Assembly (NCBI GenBank): GCA_963702005.1 | Contig: OY969696.1 | Location: 768,001 to 832,000 of the forward strand | Source: Candidatus Aminicenantes bacterium | GTDB taxonomy: Bacteria; Acidobacteriota; Aminicenantia; Aminicenantales; JAFGBC01 | Direction: 5' to 3' | Length of the DNA: 64,000 nt | Shown: one piece after another, positions 10,010 to 18,744 of the stretch | How positions within the stretch are numbered: the stretch's first letter is position 1 | How the letters are laid out: the number at the start of each line of letters is the position of its first letter | Made by a program: the position numbers and the translations under genes | Notes under the pieces: generated by a model | Seen by the model: only the letters and a program-made list of their open reading frames with translations | Told to the model about the DNA's origin: nothing | Databases searched by the model: none

Positions 10010-10903
10010 TCAGCCGGCTTTGTCCGGGGCCGGCGCGGAAGCGGCCGGAGCCCTGGCCCCCAGGAATTCGTATTGGATCGAGCCCATGGCGCAGGAGTCC
10101 ACGCATTTGAGGCAGCGGATGCAGTCCGGCGAATTGGGCCGCTTGTAGACCTCGATGTCCAGCGGGCAGGACCGGGCGCACTTGCCGCAGGAGGTGCAGG
10201 TTCCCTCGTCGATCGTCATCCGGAATACGGAGGCCTTGTTGAAAAGCCCGAAGATGGCGCCCAGTGGGCAGGCCGTCCGGCAGAACGGCCTCATGCTGAA
10301 GACCATCCAGATCAGGAACAGTACCAGGACGCCCATCTTCCACTTGAACATGAAGGCGAGCTGGGCCCTGATCCCGGCGTTGAGGGCCGCGAGGGGGATG
10401 CCGGCGATCAAGGTCCCGTCGGGGCAGATCCACTTGCAGAACCAGGTCTGGCCGTAGCCGAACTCGTCGACGAGGAGGAGGGGCAGCGCGAAGACGAACA
10501 GGACCGTGATGATGTAGCGGAGGTAGGTCAGGACGCGGGGGATACGGAGCTTGGGCGATGGAATTTTATGGACGAGCTCTTGGACGAGGCCGAACGGGCA
10601 GAGCCAGCCGCAGGGAATGCGGCCGACCAGGCTCCCCACGGCCCCTAAGATCCCGAGGACGTAGAAACCGAATTGGTGGACGGCGACCGAGAGGTTGAAG
10701 CGGAGGGCCCCCAGGAAGTTCTGAAGGGAGCCGACCGGGCAGGCCCCGATCGCGGACGGGCAGGAGTAGCAGTTGAGGACGGGCAGGCAGATCCCCTTGA
10801 TGCCGCCCTGGAAGATCTCGCCCTTGAGCCAGTTGGGGAGGTAGGCGTTGAAGCCCAGGACGGCGGCGGCTTGGACCCATTTCCGGGTGCGTTGTCTGGC
10901 CAT
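10010..10903 (-). CDS. Membrane 4Fe-4S binding protein (NapH/MauN-like polyferredoxin)
   Basis: CLPVLNCYSCP, CGWLCPFG, FCKWICP and FCRTACPLG motifs; ferredoxin motifs CTSCGKCARSCP and CIRCLKCVDSC; several TM helices. Confidence 0.88.
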   Translation of the reverse strand: MARQRTRKWVQAAAVLGFNAYLPNWLKGEIFQGGIKGICLPVLNCYSCPSAIGACPVGSLQNFLGALRFNLSVAVHQFGFYVLGILGAVGSLVGRIPCGWLCPFGLVQELVHKIPSPKLRIPRVLTYLRYIITVLFVFALPLLLVDEFGYGQTWFCKWICPDGTLIAGIPLAALNAGIRAQLAFMFKWKMGVLVLFLIWMVFSMRPFCRTACPLGAIFGLFNKASVFRMTIDEGTCTSCGKCARSCPLDIEVYKRPNSPDCIRCLKCVDSCAMGSIQYEFLGARAPAASAPAPDKAG

Positions 10904-10925
10904 GGTCGCGCTCCTCGGACGGGGC

Positions 10926-11060
10926 TCAGCCGATCCCGATGCAGTCCAGGCAGATCGTCACGGCCTTCTCCAGGACGGTCTGGAATTCGCCGAGCTTGAG
11001 GCCGATCAGGATCAGGACGACCGACGCCGCGAACAGGATCCAGGGCAGCTTCCGTTTCAT
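10926..11060 (-). CDS. Small membrane CxxC peptide, CD1871A-like (44 aa; not in ORF track)
   Basis: MKRKLPWILFAASVVLILIGLKLGEFQTVLEKAVTICLDCIGIG*. The ICLxCIGIG end and the position between a TlpA gene and a 4Fe-4S gene are characteristic. The ATG overlaps the TlpA stop. Confidence 0.85.
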   Translation of the reverse strand: MKRKLPWILFAASVVLILIGLKLGEFQTVLEKAVTICLDCIGIG

Positions 11061-11674
11061 TTACCGCTCCCCTTGACGAGAGCGCCGATGATCTCGTCAA
11101 GCTCCGTGATGTGCTCTTTTTTAAACCCGATATGGGCGTGACTGATGACGCCGGTTGCGTCGATGAGATAGACGACCGGAATTTCCTGGACCTTATAGCG
11201 GCCCGCCATGTCCTTGGTCGTCTGGATGACGTCGGCCGCGGCCGCCCGGTCGGGGGGATCGGCCAGCATCGGGTAGCTGATCTTGAGCTTCCCGTAGAAG
11301 GGCTTGACGACCCTGGACCCCTTCTGGTCGAGGGCGATTCCGAACAGTTGAAGGCCGCCCTCGGCCTGGCCGGGCTTGGGCTGATACTTTTCGTAGAGTT
11401 GCTGCATATAGGGCATGGCCGCCCGGCAGGGGACGCACCAGGTCGCCCAGAAGTCGACCAAAACGCCGGCCGGGTAGGTCTTGGCCTGTTCCGGCTTGCC
11501 GTTGACGACCTTCTCGGTCAGCAGGCAGAGCCGGCCGTTTTCGAGGAAGACGGTATAGGTGACGTCGTCGACGCCCTTGAGGCTGAAGGGAATGAGGCGA
11601 TCGCCTTTGGCCAGGATGCCGAATACGGCCGGGGCCATCGCCAGGACTAGGGCGAGGATGATGAGCCGCTTCAT
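11057..11674 (-). CDS. Periplasmic TlpA-family disulfide reductase
   Basis: Signal peptide; VDFWATWCVPC; cis-Pro loop QEIPVVYLID. Confidence 0.88.
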   Translation of the reverse strand: MKRLIILALVLAMAPAVFGILAKGDRLIPFSLKGVDDVTYTVFLENGRLCLLTEKVVNGKPEQAKTYPAGVLVDFWATWCVPCRAAMPYMQQLYEKYQPKPGQAEGGLQLFGIALDQKGSRVVKPFYGKLKISYPMLADPPDRAAAADVIQTTKDMAGRYKVQEIPVVYLIDATGVISHAHIGFKKEHITELDEIIGALVKGSGK

Positions 11675-12261
11675 GAAGGCTCCTTGGGGACGGGGGTTTG
11701 GGACCCGATATTGAAACCGATCCCCAAGGCGAGCTGGAAACCTCCGATATCGGCTTTGATGTCCTGTGGCTTGACCTTGCAGCGCGTGTAGCCGGCCTGG
11801 ACGTCGACGAGGACGCCGCCCGGGATCTCGAGAAAGGCCCCGGCCTTCAGGCCGACGCCGAGGCTCCCTTTTTCGACGACCCCGATGACGCTCTTTTCTT
11901 TATACTGGAAATAGCCCAGCCCGGCGCCGACGTAGGGGCGGATAAAGCCGGTCAGCGGGATCTGGTACTTGACGCCGGCCAGGATAGGAATGATCCGGAG
12001 CTTGGCCTCTTCCCCGGTCAGGGTCAGCGCTCCCGTTTTGCTGAAGTAATCGGCGCTCGCCCAGATGGCGAACCGGCCCGCCAGTCCGACCGTGACTTCG
12101 CCCCCCAAGCACAAGCCGCCGCCGTAGATGTCCTTGAAGGCGGTCTCGGTCGGCTGGAAATAGACGGCTTTGGCCTCGATGACGAAGGCGTTCGCCGCGG
12201 GGGCCGCGGCCAGGAACGCCAACCCCAGGCACATAAGCGTCGCCAGCGTTTTAATTTTCAT
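11671..12261 (-). CDS. Small outer-membrane beta-barrel protein (OmpW/OmpA-TM-like)
   Basis: Signal peptide; alternating beta-strands including RPYVGAGLGY and GGFQLALGIGFN. Confidence 0.75.
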   Translation of the reverse strand: MKIKTLATLMCLGLAFLAAAPAANAFVIEAKAVYFQPTETAFKDIYGGGLCLGGEVTVGLAGRFAIWASADYFSKTGALTLTGEEAKLRIIPILAGVKYQIPLTGFIRPYVGAGLGYFQYKEKSVIGVVEKGSLGVGLKAGAFLEIPGGVLVDVQAGYTRCKVKPQDIKADIGGFQLALGIGFNIGSQTPVPKEPS

Positions 12262-12278
12262 GGTTCCTCTCTCTTCCT

Positions 12279-14771
12279 TCAGCGGACCGTGATCGTAGCT
12301 TCCTGACCTTCGCGGCCCGTCTTATCGACGGCCAGGAGCGCGTAGGTATAGGTCTTGTCCTTTTCGACCCCGCGCTGCCGGAACTCGAGGATGGAAGAAT
12401 CGAGCTCGGCCAGGAAACGGCGCGTCCCCCCTTCGGCGAGGTAGATCCGGTAGGTTCGGATGTCGACGTTGGCGGGGTTGGCCCGCCAGCTCAGGACGTT
12501 GATGTATTCGGCCGAGATGACGCCGCGGTTGATTTTTTTGACGCCGGTCGCGTCGAGGGGCGGATAGATGCTTCGGATGAAACCGGCCGCCAAGGACTTA
12601 TCGGAGTCCATCAGGAGCGTCAGGGGATTAACCGTCCCGGTCGCGCTCCCCGTCCAGCCCGTGAACTCGAAGTTGGGTTCGGGGAGGGCCGTGACCGAGA
12701 CCGAGCTATTCATGTCGTAGGAATGATTCCCCGGCGCGGGATCGGTCGTCCCGCCCGTCGTCGCGCTGAGGCTGAGGACGAAGCGGCTCGACTGACGATA
12801 GCGGAAGACGCCGCCCCCGTTCGTCCCGACGAACAGGGTTTTGGTCGTGGGATTGACGCCCAGGGTGAGAACGTTCCGGACCGGCAGGGTGGCATTGAGG
12901 TCCGTCCAGTCCAGGCCGCGGTTCGCGCTGGCATAGACGCCGTCCGTGCCGGCGATGGTGATGGAAGAGGTCGCGACGGGATCGATATAAATGCAGGTCA
13001 CCGGAGTGTCGGCCAGTTTGGTCCAGGTCGCGCCGCCGTTCTCGCTCCTGAACAAGCCCCCGTTCGTGCCGGCGTAGATCGTCGCCGCAGCAGCCGGATC
13101 GACGGCCAGATCCTGGATCGGGTCGGCGAAAATTCCGGCGGCGAGTTTGGTCCAGCTCGTCCCCCCGTCGAGCGATTTATAGAGGGCGCCGGCCGAGTTG
13201 ACCGTGCCGCCCAGATAGACGGTCCTGTCGTTCGCCGGATCGATCGCGACGGCGAGCGCCGCCGCGGGGGTCGAACCGGCGACCGCGGAATCCGAGACCA
13301 AGTACGTGTCCCAGGTAGTCCCGGCGTCGAGGGTTTTATGCATCGCCATGACCTGAACCCCCGACACGCTCGTGTATCCGGCGATGAACAGGTGGTTGGG
13401 ATTGCGCTCGTTGAGAAGAAGGTCCTTAAAGCTCTTGGTCAACAAATGCTCCCAGCTCTTACCGCCGTCTACAGACCTGTAGACGTCATCCGCCCCTCAG
13501 CCTCCGGCCAGAATGTAGAGCTTGTCCGGATTGGTCGGAGTGACGACGATCCGCAGGACTTTGTCGCAGCGATAGAAGTCCGGCAAGCGCTGCCAGGAAG
13601 TTCCGCTGCTGAGGCTCCGGTAGAAGCCGTTGGCTTGGAACTCGATGTAGATGGTGCCGGCCGCGGAGGGGGCAACCCCCAAGGCCGGGATGAGGGACGC
13701 CTGGATGCCGGAATGGGAGGCTTCCCAGGTTTGCCCCCCGTCCGTGCTCTTATAAACGCCGCCCGTGGAGCCGAAGTAAATCGCCGAAGCCGTGATAACG
13801 ATGGCCCGGCCGGCTCCGTAAAGGCCGACGCCGAACTCCGTCCAGTTGACGCCGCCGTCCACGCTTTTATAGCACTTCTTATCGTACCCGGCGTAGAGGA
13901 CGTCCGGGTTGGCCGGGTCGACGGCCAGCGTGTAGCCGAAGGCGAAGCCCTCGTTCCTCTGCCAGGACCGTCCGCCGTCCGTGCTGCGGTAGATTCCCCA
14001 GCTCGTCGCCGCCCAGACCTTGTCCGGGTTCGTCGGGTGGACGGCCAGGGAGGTGACCAGGTCCGTGATCTCCGTCCCGATGATCGACCAGGACGTCCCT
14101 CCGTTCACCGACTTGTACATCCGATAGATGGCGGCGACCCCGGTCGTGAGCGAGCCGGCCAGGTAGAGGGTCGACGGGCTCGAGGGGGCGACGGCCAAAG
14201 CCGTCGCCGAGCCTGTGTCCGAGCTCGGGCTGAGCTTGACGGTCGTCCAGGTCCGGCCGCCGTCCGCGGTCTTGAAGAAAGCCATGCAGTTCTTCCCCGC
14301 TAAGGCGCCGTAGGCCCCCGTGGCGTAGACGATATTCGAGTTCGAGGGGTGGATGGCCAGCTTGCCGCCGACGGAGAAGCGGTTGGCGCCGAAGGCAAAT
14401 TCGGACCAGGACACGCCCTTGTCCTCCGATTTGAGGATGCCGGTATCGGTCAGGATGTAAGCGATGTTGGCGTCGCGATTGACGGCCAGGTCCAGGGCCG
14501 TACGCTCGAACGTCGCCCGGCGTGCCCAGCTCCGGCCTCCGCTTGTCGTCCAAAAGACCTGGCTGAACCCGGTGAGCCCGGAGAGGGCCAGAAGCTCGCT
14601 TTGTTTTGAGGGGTTCAGCGCGAGCGTCGTGATGCTCCCCCCTTCCGGTCCCAGCGCTTCCCAAGCGGCGGCCGCCGGCCGGAATCTCGGGGTGGATACC
14701 CTCTCCCCCGCGCCGAACGCGAGGCTGAAGAATACCGAGAGACCGATTCCGATGGCGCCGATCTTTCTCAT
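12279..14771 (-). CDS. Putative secreted selenoprotein paralog 2 (830 aa, Sec425): BNR beta-propellers, bacterial repeat and FN3-like domain
   Basis: ORFs 13497-14771 and 12279-13445 are in frame, separated only by a TGA at 13499-13497. Read-through gives LYILAGG-U-GADDVYRSVDGGKSW. It has the same hairpin as paralog 1 and a signal peptide (MRKIGAIGIGLSVFFSLAFGA). Confidence 0.85.
13466..13485 (-). promoter_or_regulatory. Bacterial SECIS-like hairpin CGUCUACA-GGUC-UGUAGACG
   Basis: Perfect 8-bp stem with the loop 20 nt after the UGA. It differs from copy 1 only by a compensatory A-U to G-C pair. Confidence 0.85.
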
Positions 14772-14810
14772 AGCTCTTTTCTCCTCAGGGGCCTCCCGCG
14801 AGTTGGACCT

Positions 14811-14839
14811 ATTATACAGAACCGGTTTCGGTCAAGCAA
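14811..14839 (-). promoter_or_regulatory. Putative sigma70 promoter of the selenoprotein-2/redox operon
   Basis: TTGCTT-N17-TATAAT on the minus strand, 40 nt upstream of the ATG. Confidence 0.55.
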
Positions 14840-14888
14840 CCGGGTTCGCCCCGTGCCCGTGCTGCCCGTTTCTATGACTTGTGTCCGC

Positions 14889-15290
14889 TTATTTCTTGAG
14901 CTTCGCGATGAACCCGGCGTCGATCCAGTAGATGTCCGAATCCCCGTTCCGGGGGGCCTTGAAGAGGTCGAGGAGCTTCCGGGTCGTGACGGGCCCGGAG
15001 GCGAAGTCGAGCGGCAGGGCCTTGGTCGAGGCGAAGAAAAAGTATTTCCCGTCAGGGGAGAGGGAGCAGGAGCTGGCCGAGGCCCCGGCGAAATTGATCT
15101 CCGGGCCGAGGTTGACGGGCTCGCTCCAGCGATCGTCGGCGCTCCGGAAGAAGATGTAATAGTTCGGGAGGCCGGGCGTCAGACTGTCCTTCCGGCCGTC
15201 GACGCAGGCGATGAGGAAGCCCTCGTCGCGCGAGACATAGGCGTTATAAATCGTCTCTTTTCTATTCACGGGAGCGGGCAGCGGTTCAGC
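14889..15290 (-). pseudogene. C-terminal fragment of a PD40 (TolB-like) repeat protein
   Basis: AEPLPAPVN, WSEPVNLGPEIN, LSPDGKYFFFAS and GDSDIYWIDA are PD40 motifs. The frame begins directly after a TAG, with no signal peptide or RBS. Confidence 0.6.
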
Positions 15291-15410
15291 CTAGAGAGGC
15301 GGTCAGGACGCCATGGATATCCTGAGCTGGACCATATTCATCTTGTTCCCGGCCGCGAGGGGCCTCTGGTTCATCGCCGAAGGCCGGAAGAGAGGTTCGA
15401 CTCGGCCGAC

Positions 15411-17498
15411 TTATTTCTTGGGGTCGAATCTGACCAGGTAACTATCATAAGAGCCCTTGAGCATCTTTTGGAATGCGCGGATGGTCGGGAAATCCGGGCT
15501 GTTTGTTAGGCCCGCGACATAGATCTTGGAATCCGGGGTTACAAAGAGCGTACCTGCTTTGTCATAAAAGGACCCACCCAAGAAGGTTGAAAAAACGAGG
15601 CTTTGTCCGTCCGCGGAAAGAACCGACATGAATGAATCGGTGGTCCCGTTTTTCTTTTTTTGAACGGCGTTCTTGAGGGGGAAATCGGCACTCGTGGTAT
15701 CTCCGCCCAGATAGACCTGCCCTTTCCCATCCAGGGCGACACAATTGAGGAAATCGTGGCCCGATCCCCCAAAGTACGTGGAATAGACGAGACTCTGCCC
15801 ATCGGGCGCAAACTTGGTCACGAAACCGTCTATCCCTTTTCGGACGGTCCGGAAGGCCTTACATAAAGGAAAGCGGCCGTTGGTAAAGCCGCTGATCACG
15901 AGGGCGCCGGAGTCGTCTACTGCGATTCCGGTGGGAGAGTCATAGCTCGAGCTTCCCAAATAAGTGGAATAGACAAGCCGCCGACCGTCCGATGCGAGCT
16001 TGGCGACGAAAACGTCATACATCCCTCCGAAGAGCTTCTGGAACGCATTTTTAACCGGGAAATTCACGCTGAACGTCGTCCCGACGATATAGGCCGCGCC
16101 GGCCCTATCGACTGCGATCCTTTCCGGCCGGTCATAATTTGAGCCCCCGAGATAGGTCGAATAGACGAGCGTTCGGCCATCCGGGGAGAATTTGGTAATG
16201 AAGACATCATCCATTCCTGCGAGTCGGCCTTGGATGGGATGGTACAATCGGAGGTTCTTGCTCGCCGTACATCCCGAAATGACGGGCGAGCCATTCGGGT
16301 CCAGGCCGATGGCGTTGATATAGTCATAGTCGGAACCTCCGAAGTAGCTGGAAAAAACCAGGCTCCGGCCGTTCGGAGCAAGCTTGGTGATGAATCCATC
16401 GTAGTCCCCACCCCCGAATTTTTCCTGAAAAGCGTTCTTGATTGGAAATTTGTTATTGGCGGTATAGCCGACAATAGTGGCGGCCCCCGACTCATCGACG
16501 GCCAGATCTAAAGGGGAACCACTGACCAAGGGAAAGAAGGCCGAATAGACAAGCGATTGACCGTCGCTAGCCATCTTGAGAACAAAGGCATCCCATCGCG
16601 CGATGTATAAAGATATGGAGTTCCCAGTGGCGACGGGAAAATCGGGGCTGAAAGTCTGACCGGTTAAGAAGACCTCTCCCGACGGGGCTGCGGCAATAGC
16701 GGTTGTGTAGTCATAGTCCTTCCCTCCGAAATAAGTGGAATAGCCGATGGTGTAGGGGTCGATGAAAAGGTCCCGGGAACGGTCATGGGGACCGACCTTT
16801 ATTCCGAATTCGTTGCGGGCGATCTCTCTGAATCCGGCCTCAACCCTGATCCGCCGGCCGGAATCTTCCTGATAGGCCGAGGGTCTTCGGTGCTCAGCTG
16901 CGCCGCGCGATGTCTCGATGACAAGATTTCCCTCGCCATCGATGATCGTCTTGTCGGCTCCCTCGAACACCATCCGGATCCGACCGGGGTCTCCTCCGGG
17001 CTTTACGATCCAGTCGTATTCGACCTCCTGTTCGGCGCTGTAGATTTTAAGGTCGATGCGGTCATAGATTTCTTTGTACAGGACGGCCGAGGAAGTCGGC
17101 AGGCCCGTTATCCAATCGGCGGGCTGGCTGCCGTTGAAATAACTAACCGTATAGTCGGCGGGGTTGAGCGCCATGATCTTGCACTTCGGAGAAAGCCCTT
17201 TGAAAATAAGCCGCGTCACTTCGCGCGTGCGGGCCGTTCCGTCCCCGGGCCCGGGTTTCAGGCTATCGAAGATCAAACCTTCCCGGGTCAACCATAGGGT
17301 CGTCCGACCCAAATTGGCATAGAAGAGGGCGCGGCCGTCCTCTTGACCTCGGTTGGCAATAAAATAGAGCGGGATCTTCGGCATCCCCGGGGCCGGGGTT
17401 TGAAAAGAATCAGCCCCTGCCGCCGGGATGGTCAGGCTCATCCCCAGATCGGTCACTGCCCAGATTACGAACAAGACAAGCCAAGCACCCTTTTTCAT
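15411..17498 (-). CDS. Secreted SBBP (beta-propeller) repeat protein
   Basis: PLYFIANRGQ N-terminal domain and repeated YSTY(F/L)GGS..D....IAVD..G..Y..G.T.S..FP units. Confidence 0.85.
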   Translation of the reverse strand: MKKGAWLVLFVIWAVTDLGMSLTIPAAGADSFQTPAPGMPKIPLYFIANRGQEDGRALFYANLGRTTLWLTREGLIFDSLKPGPGDGTARTREVTRLIFKGLSPKCKIMALNPADYTVSYFNGSQPADWITGLPTSSAVLYKEIYDRIDLKIYSAEQEVEYDWIVKPGGDPGRIRMVFEGADKTIIDGEGNLVIETSRGAAEHRRPSAYQEDSGRRIRVEAGFREIARNEFGIKVGPHDRSRDLFIDPYTIGYSTYFGGKDYDYTTAIAAAPSGEVFLTGQTFSPDFPVATGNSISLYIARWDAFVLKMASDGQSLVYSAFFPLVSGSPLDLAVDESGAATIVGYTANNKFPIKNAFQEKFGGGDYDGFITKLAPNGRSLVFSSYFGGSDYDYINAIGLDPNGSPVISGCTASKNLRLYHPIQGRLAGMDDVFITKFSPDGRTLVYSTYLGGSNYDRPERIAVDRAGAAYIVGTTFSVNFPVKNAFQKLFGGMYDVFVAKLASDGRRLVYSTYLGSSSYDSPTGIAVDDSGALVISGFTNGRFPLCKAFRTVRKGIDGFVTKFAPDGQSLVYSTYFGGSGHDFLNCVALDGKGQVYLGGDTTSADFPLKNAVQKKKNGTTDSFMSVLSADGQSLVFSTFLGGSFYDKAGTLFVTPDSKIYVAGLTNSPDFPTIRAFQKMLKGSYDSYLVRFDPKK

Positions 17499-17751
17499 GA
17501 ATCCCTCCCTTTATTAAAGACATTTGTTTTTTTCGCGGCGTGGTGAATCGCCGCTCCGAGCGCCGAACCTCCCCTCCTGATCACGTAAGAATAGTACTTC
17601 CGGCCGCTCGGCGAAGTCAACCCACGGACATCCCAGCTTTCCCTTTATTCGTGCCTAAGGCTATACACCATTTTCTTTTTCGCCCGGGAGGAGAGGTGTG
17701 TCGGATTTCCTGTAACATCGACAAGAAGGGAGCGGAAATGCAACAGGTTTT

Positions 17752-18744
17752 TTAAGCGCGGCGGTGGAGGAGGTAGATGAAGAAGGGCGCGCCCGCGGCC
17801 GCGGTGATGATCCCAATCGGAAGCTCGGTCGCCGGGAGAAGAGAGCGGGCGGCCAGGTCGCAGAAAACGAGGAAGACCCCGCCGGTCAGGGCCGAGAAGG
17901 GGAAGAGATGGCGGTGGTCGGGGCCGATCCAGATCCGGACCCAGTGGGGGACGATGAGTCCGACGAAACCTATGATGCCGGAGACGGAGACCGCCGAGGC
18001 GGCCAGGAGCGTGGCCAGGACTAGGAACCCGCCCCGGACCCGGTCGACCGGGCAGCCCAGCGAGCGGGCTGTTTCGTCGCCGAGGGCGAGGAGGTTCATA
18101 TCGCGGGCCAGCCATTGGGCGACGAGAAGGCCGGCTGCCAGATAAGGCGCCACGACGCCGACCTGGTTCCACTCGGCCAGGGCGAAGCTCCCCAGGAGCC
18201 AAAAGACGGCCTGCTCGAAGGAATCGGTCCGCAAAAAGAGGAGAAAAGACGTCAGTGCCGAGGCCAGCGCTCCGAGCGCGATCCCGGTCAAGAGCAGGGT
18301 TTCGACTTTGAGGATGCCCCGCCGCCGCGAGAGGAGATAGATGAAGGAGACAAGCAGGAGTCCCGACCCGAAGGCGAACAAGCTCTGGACCGAAAACCCG
18401 AAGACGGCGAAGCCGAGGCCGAGTTGGATGGAGAGGACGGCCCCGAAAGACGACCCGGACGAGACGCCCAGAACGAACGGATCGGCCATCGGGTTCTGGA
18501 AAAAGCCTTGGAGAATGGCCCCGGCCAAGGCCAGGCTCGCGCCGACGAAGAAGGCGAGCAGAGCGCGGGAGAGGCGGAGGTCGACGACGATTGCGGCCAG
18601 GTCCCGATCGCCCTTGGCGACGAGACGCCAGAGGTCGGCCGGGCCGGTCGGGACGGGGCCGATGAGAAGGGAAGCGAGGAATCCGATGAGGCCGATAACG
18701 ATCAGGCCCGCGAGGAGGATCAGCCGTTTTTTACGGGCCGTCAT
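17752..18744 (-). CDS. FecCD/BtuC-family ABC permease
   Basis: LRLSRALLA, QNPMADPFVLGVSSG, LGDETARSLG and GIIGFVGLIVPH; the ATG at 18744 overlaps the stop of the upstream gene. Confidence 0.9.
   Translation of the reverse strand: MTARKKRLILLAGLIVIGLIGFLASLLIGPVPTGPADLWRLVAKGDRDLAAIVVDLRLSRALLAFFVGASLALAGAILQGFFQNPMADPFVLGVSSGSSFGAVLSIQLGLGFAVFGFSVQSLFAFGSGLLLVSFIYLLSRRRGILKVETLLLTGIALGALASALTSFLLFLRTDSFEQAVFWLLGSFALAEWNQVGVVAPYLAAGLLVAQWLARDMNLLALGDETARSLGCPVDRVRGGFLVLATLLAASAVSVSGIIGFVGLIVPHWVRIWIGPDHRHLFPFSALTGGVFLVFCDLAARSLLPATELPIGIITAAAGAPFFIYLLHRRA

Noticed and set aside
10903-10928. Read-through of the CxxC peptide TGA into the 4Fe-4S gene
   Set aside because: The two are not in frame (22-nt gap), no SECIS-like hairpin follows, and the family normally ends at CIGIG.
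7230-11460. Sec in the thioredoxin active sites (CxxU)
   Set aside because: All three motifs are plain Cys codons (WCVPC, WCGPC, WCVPC).
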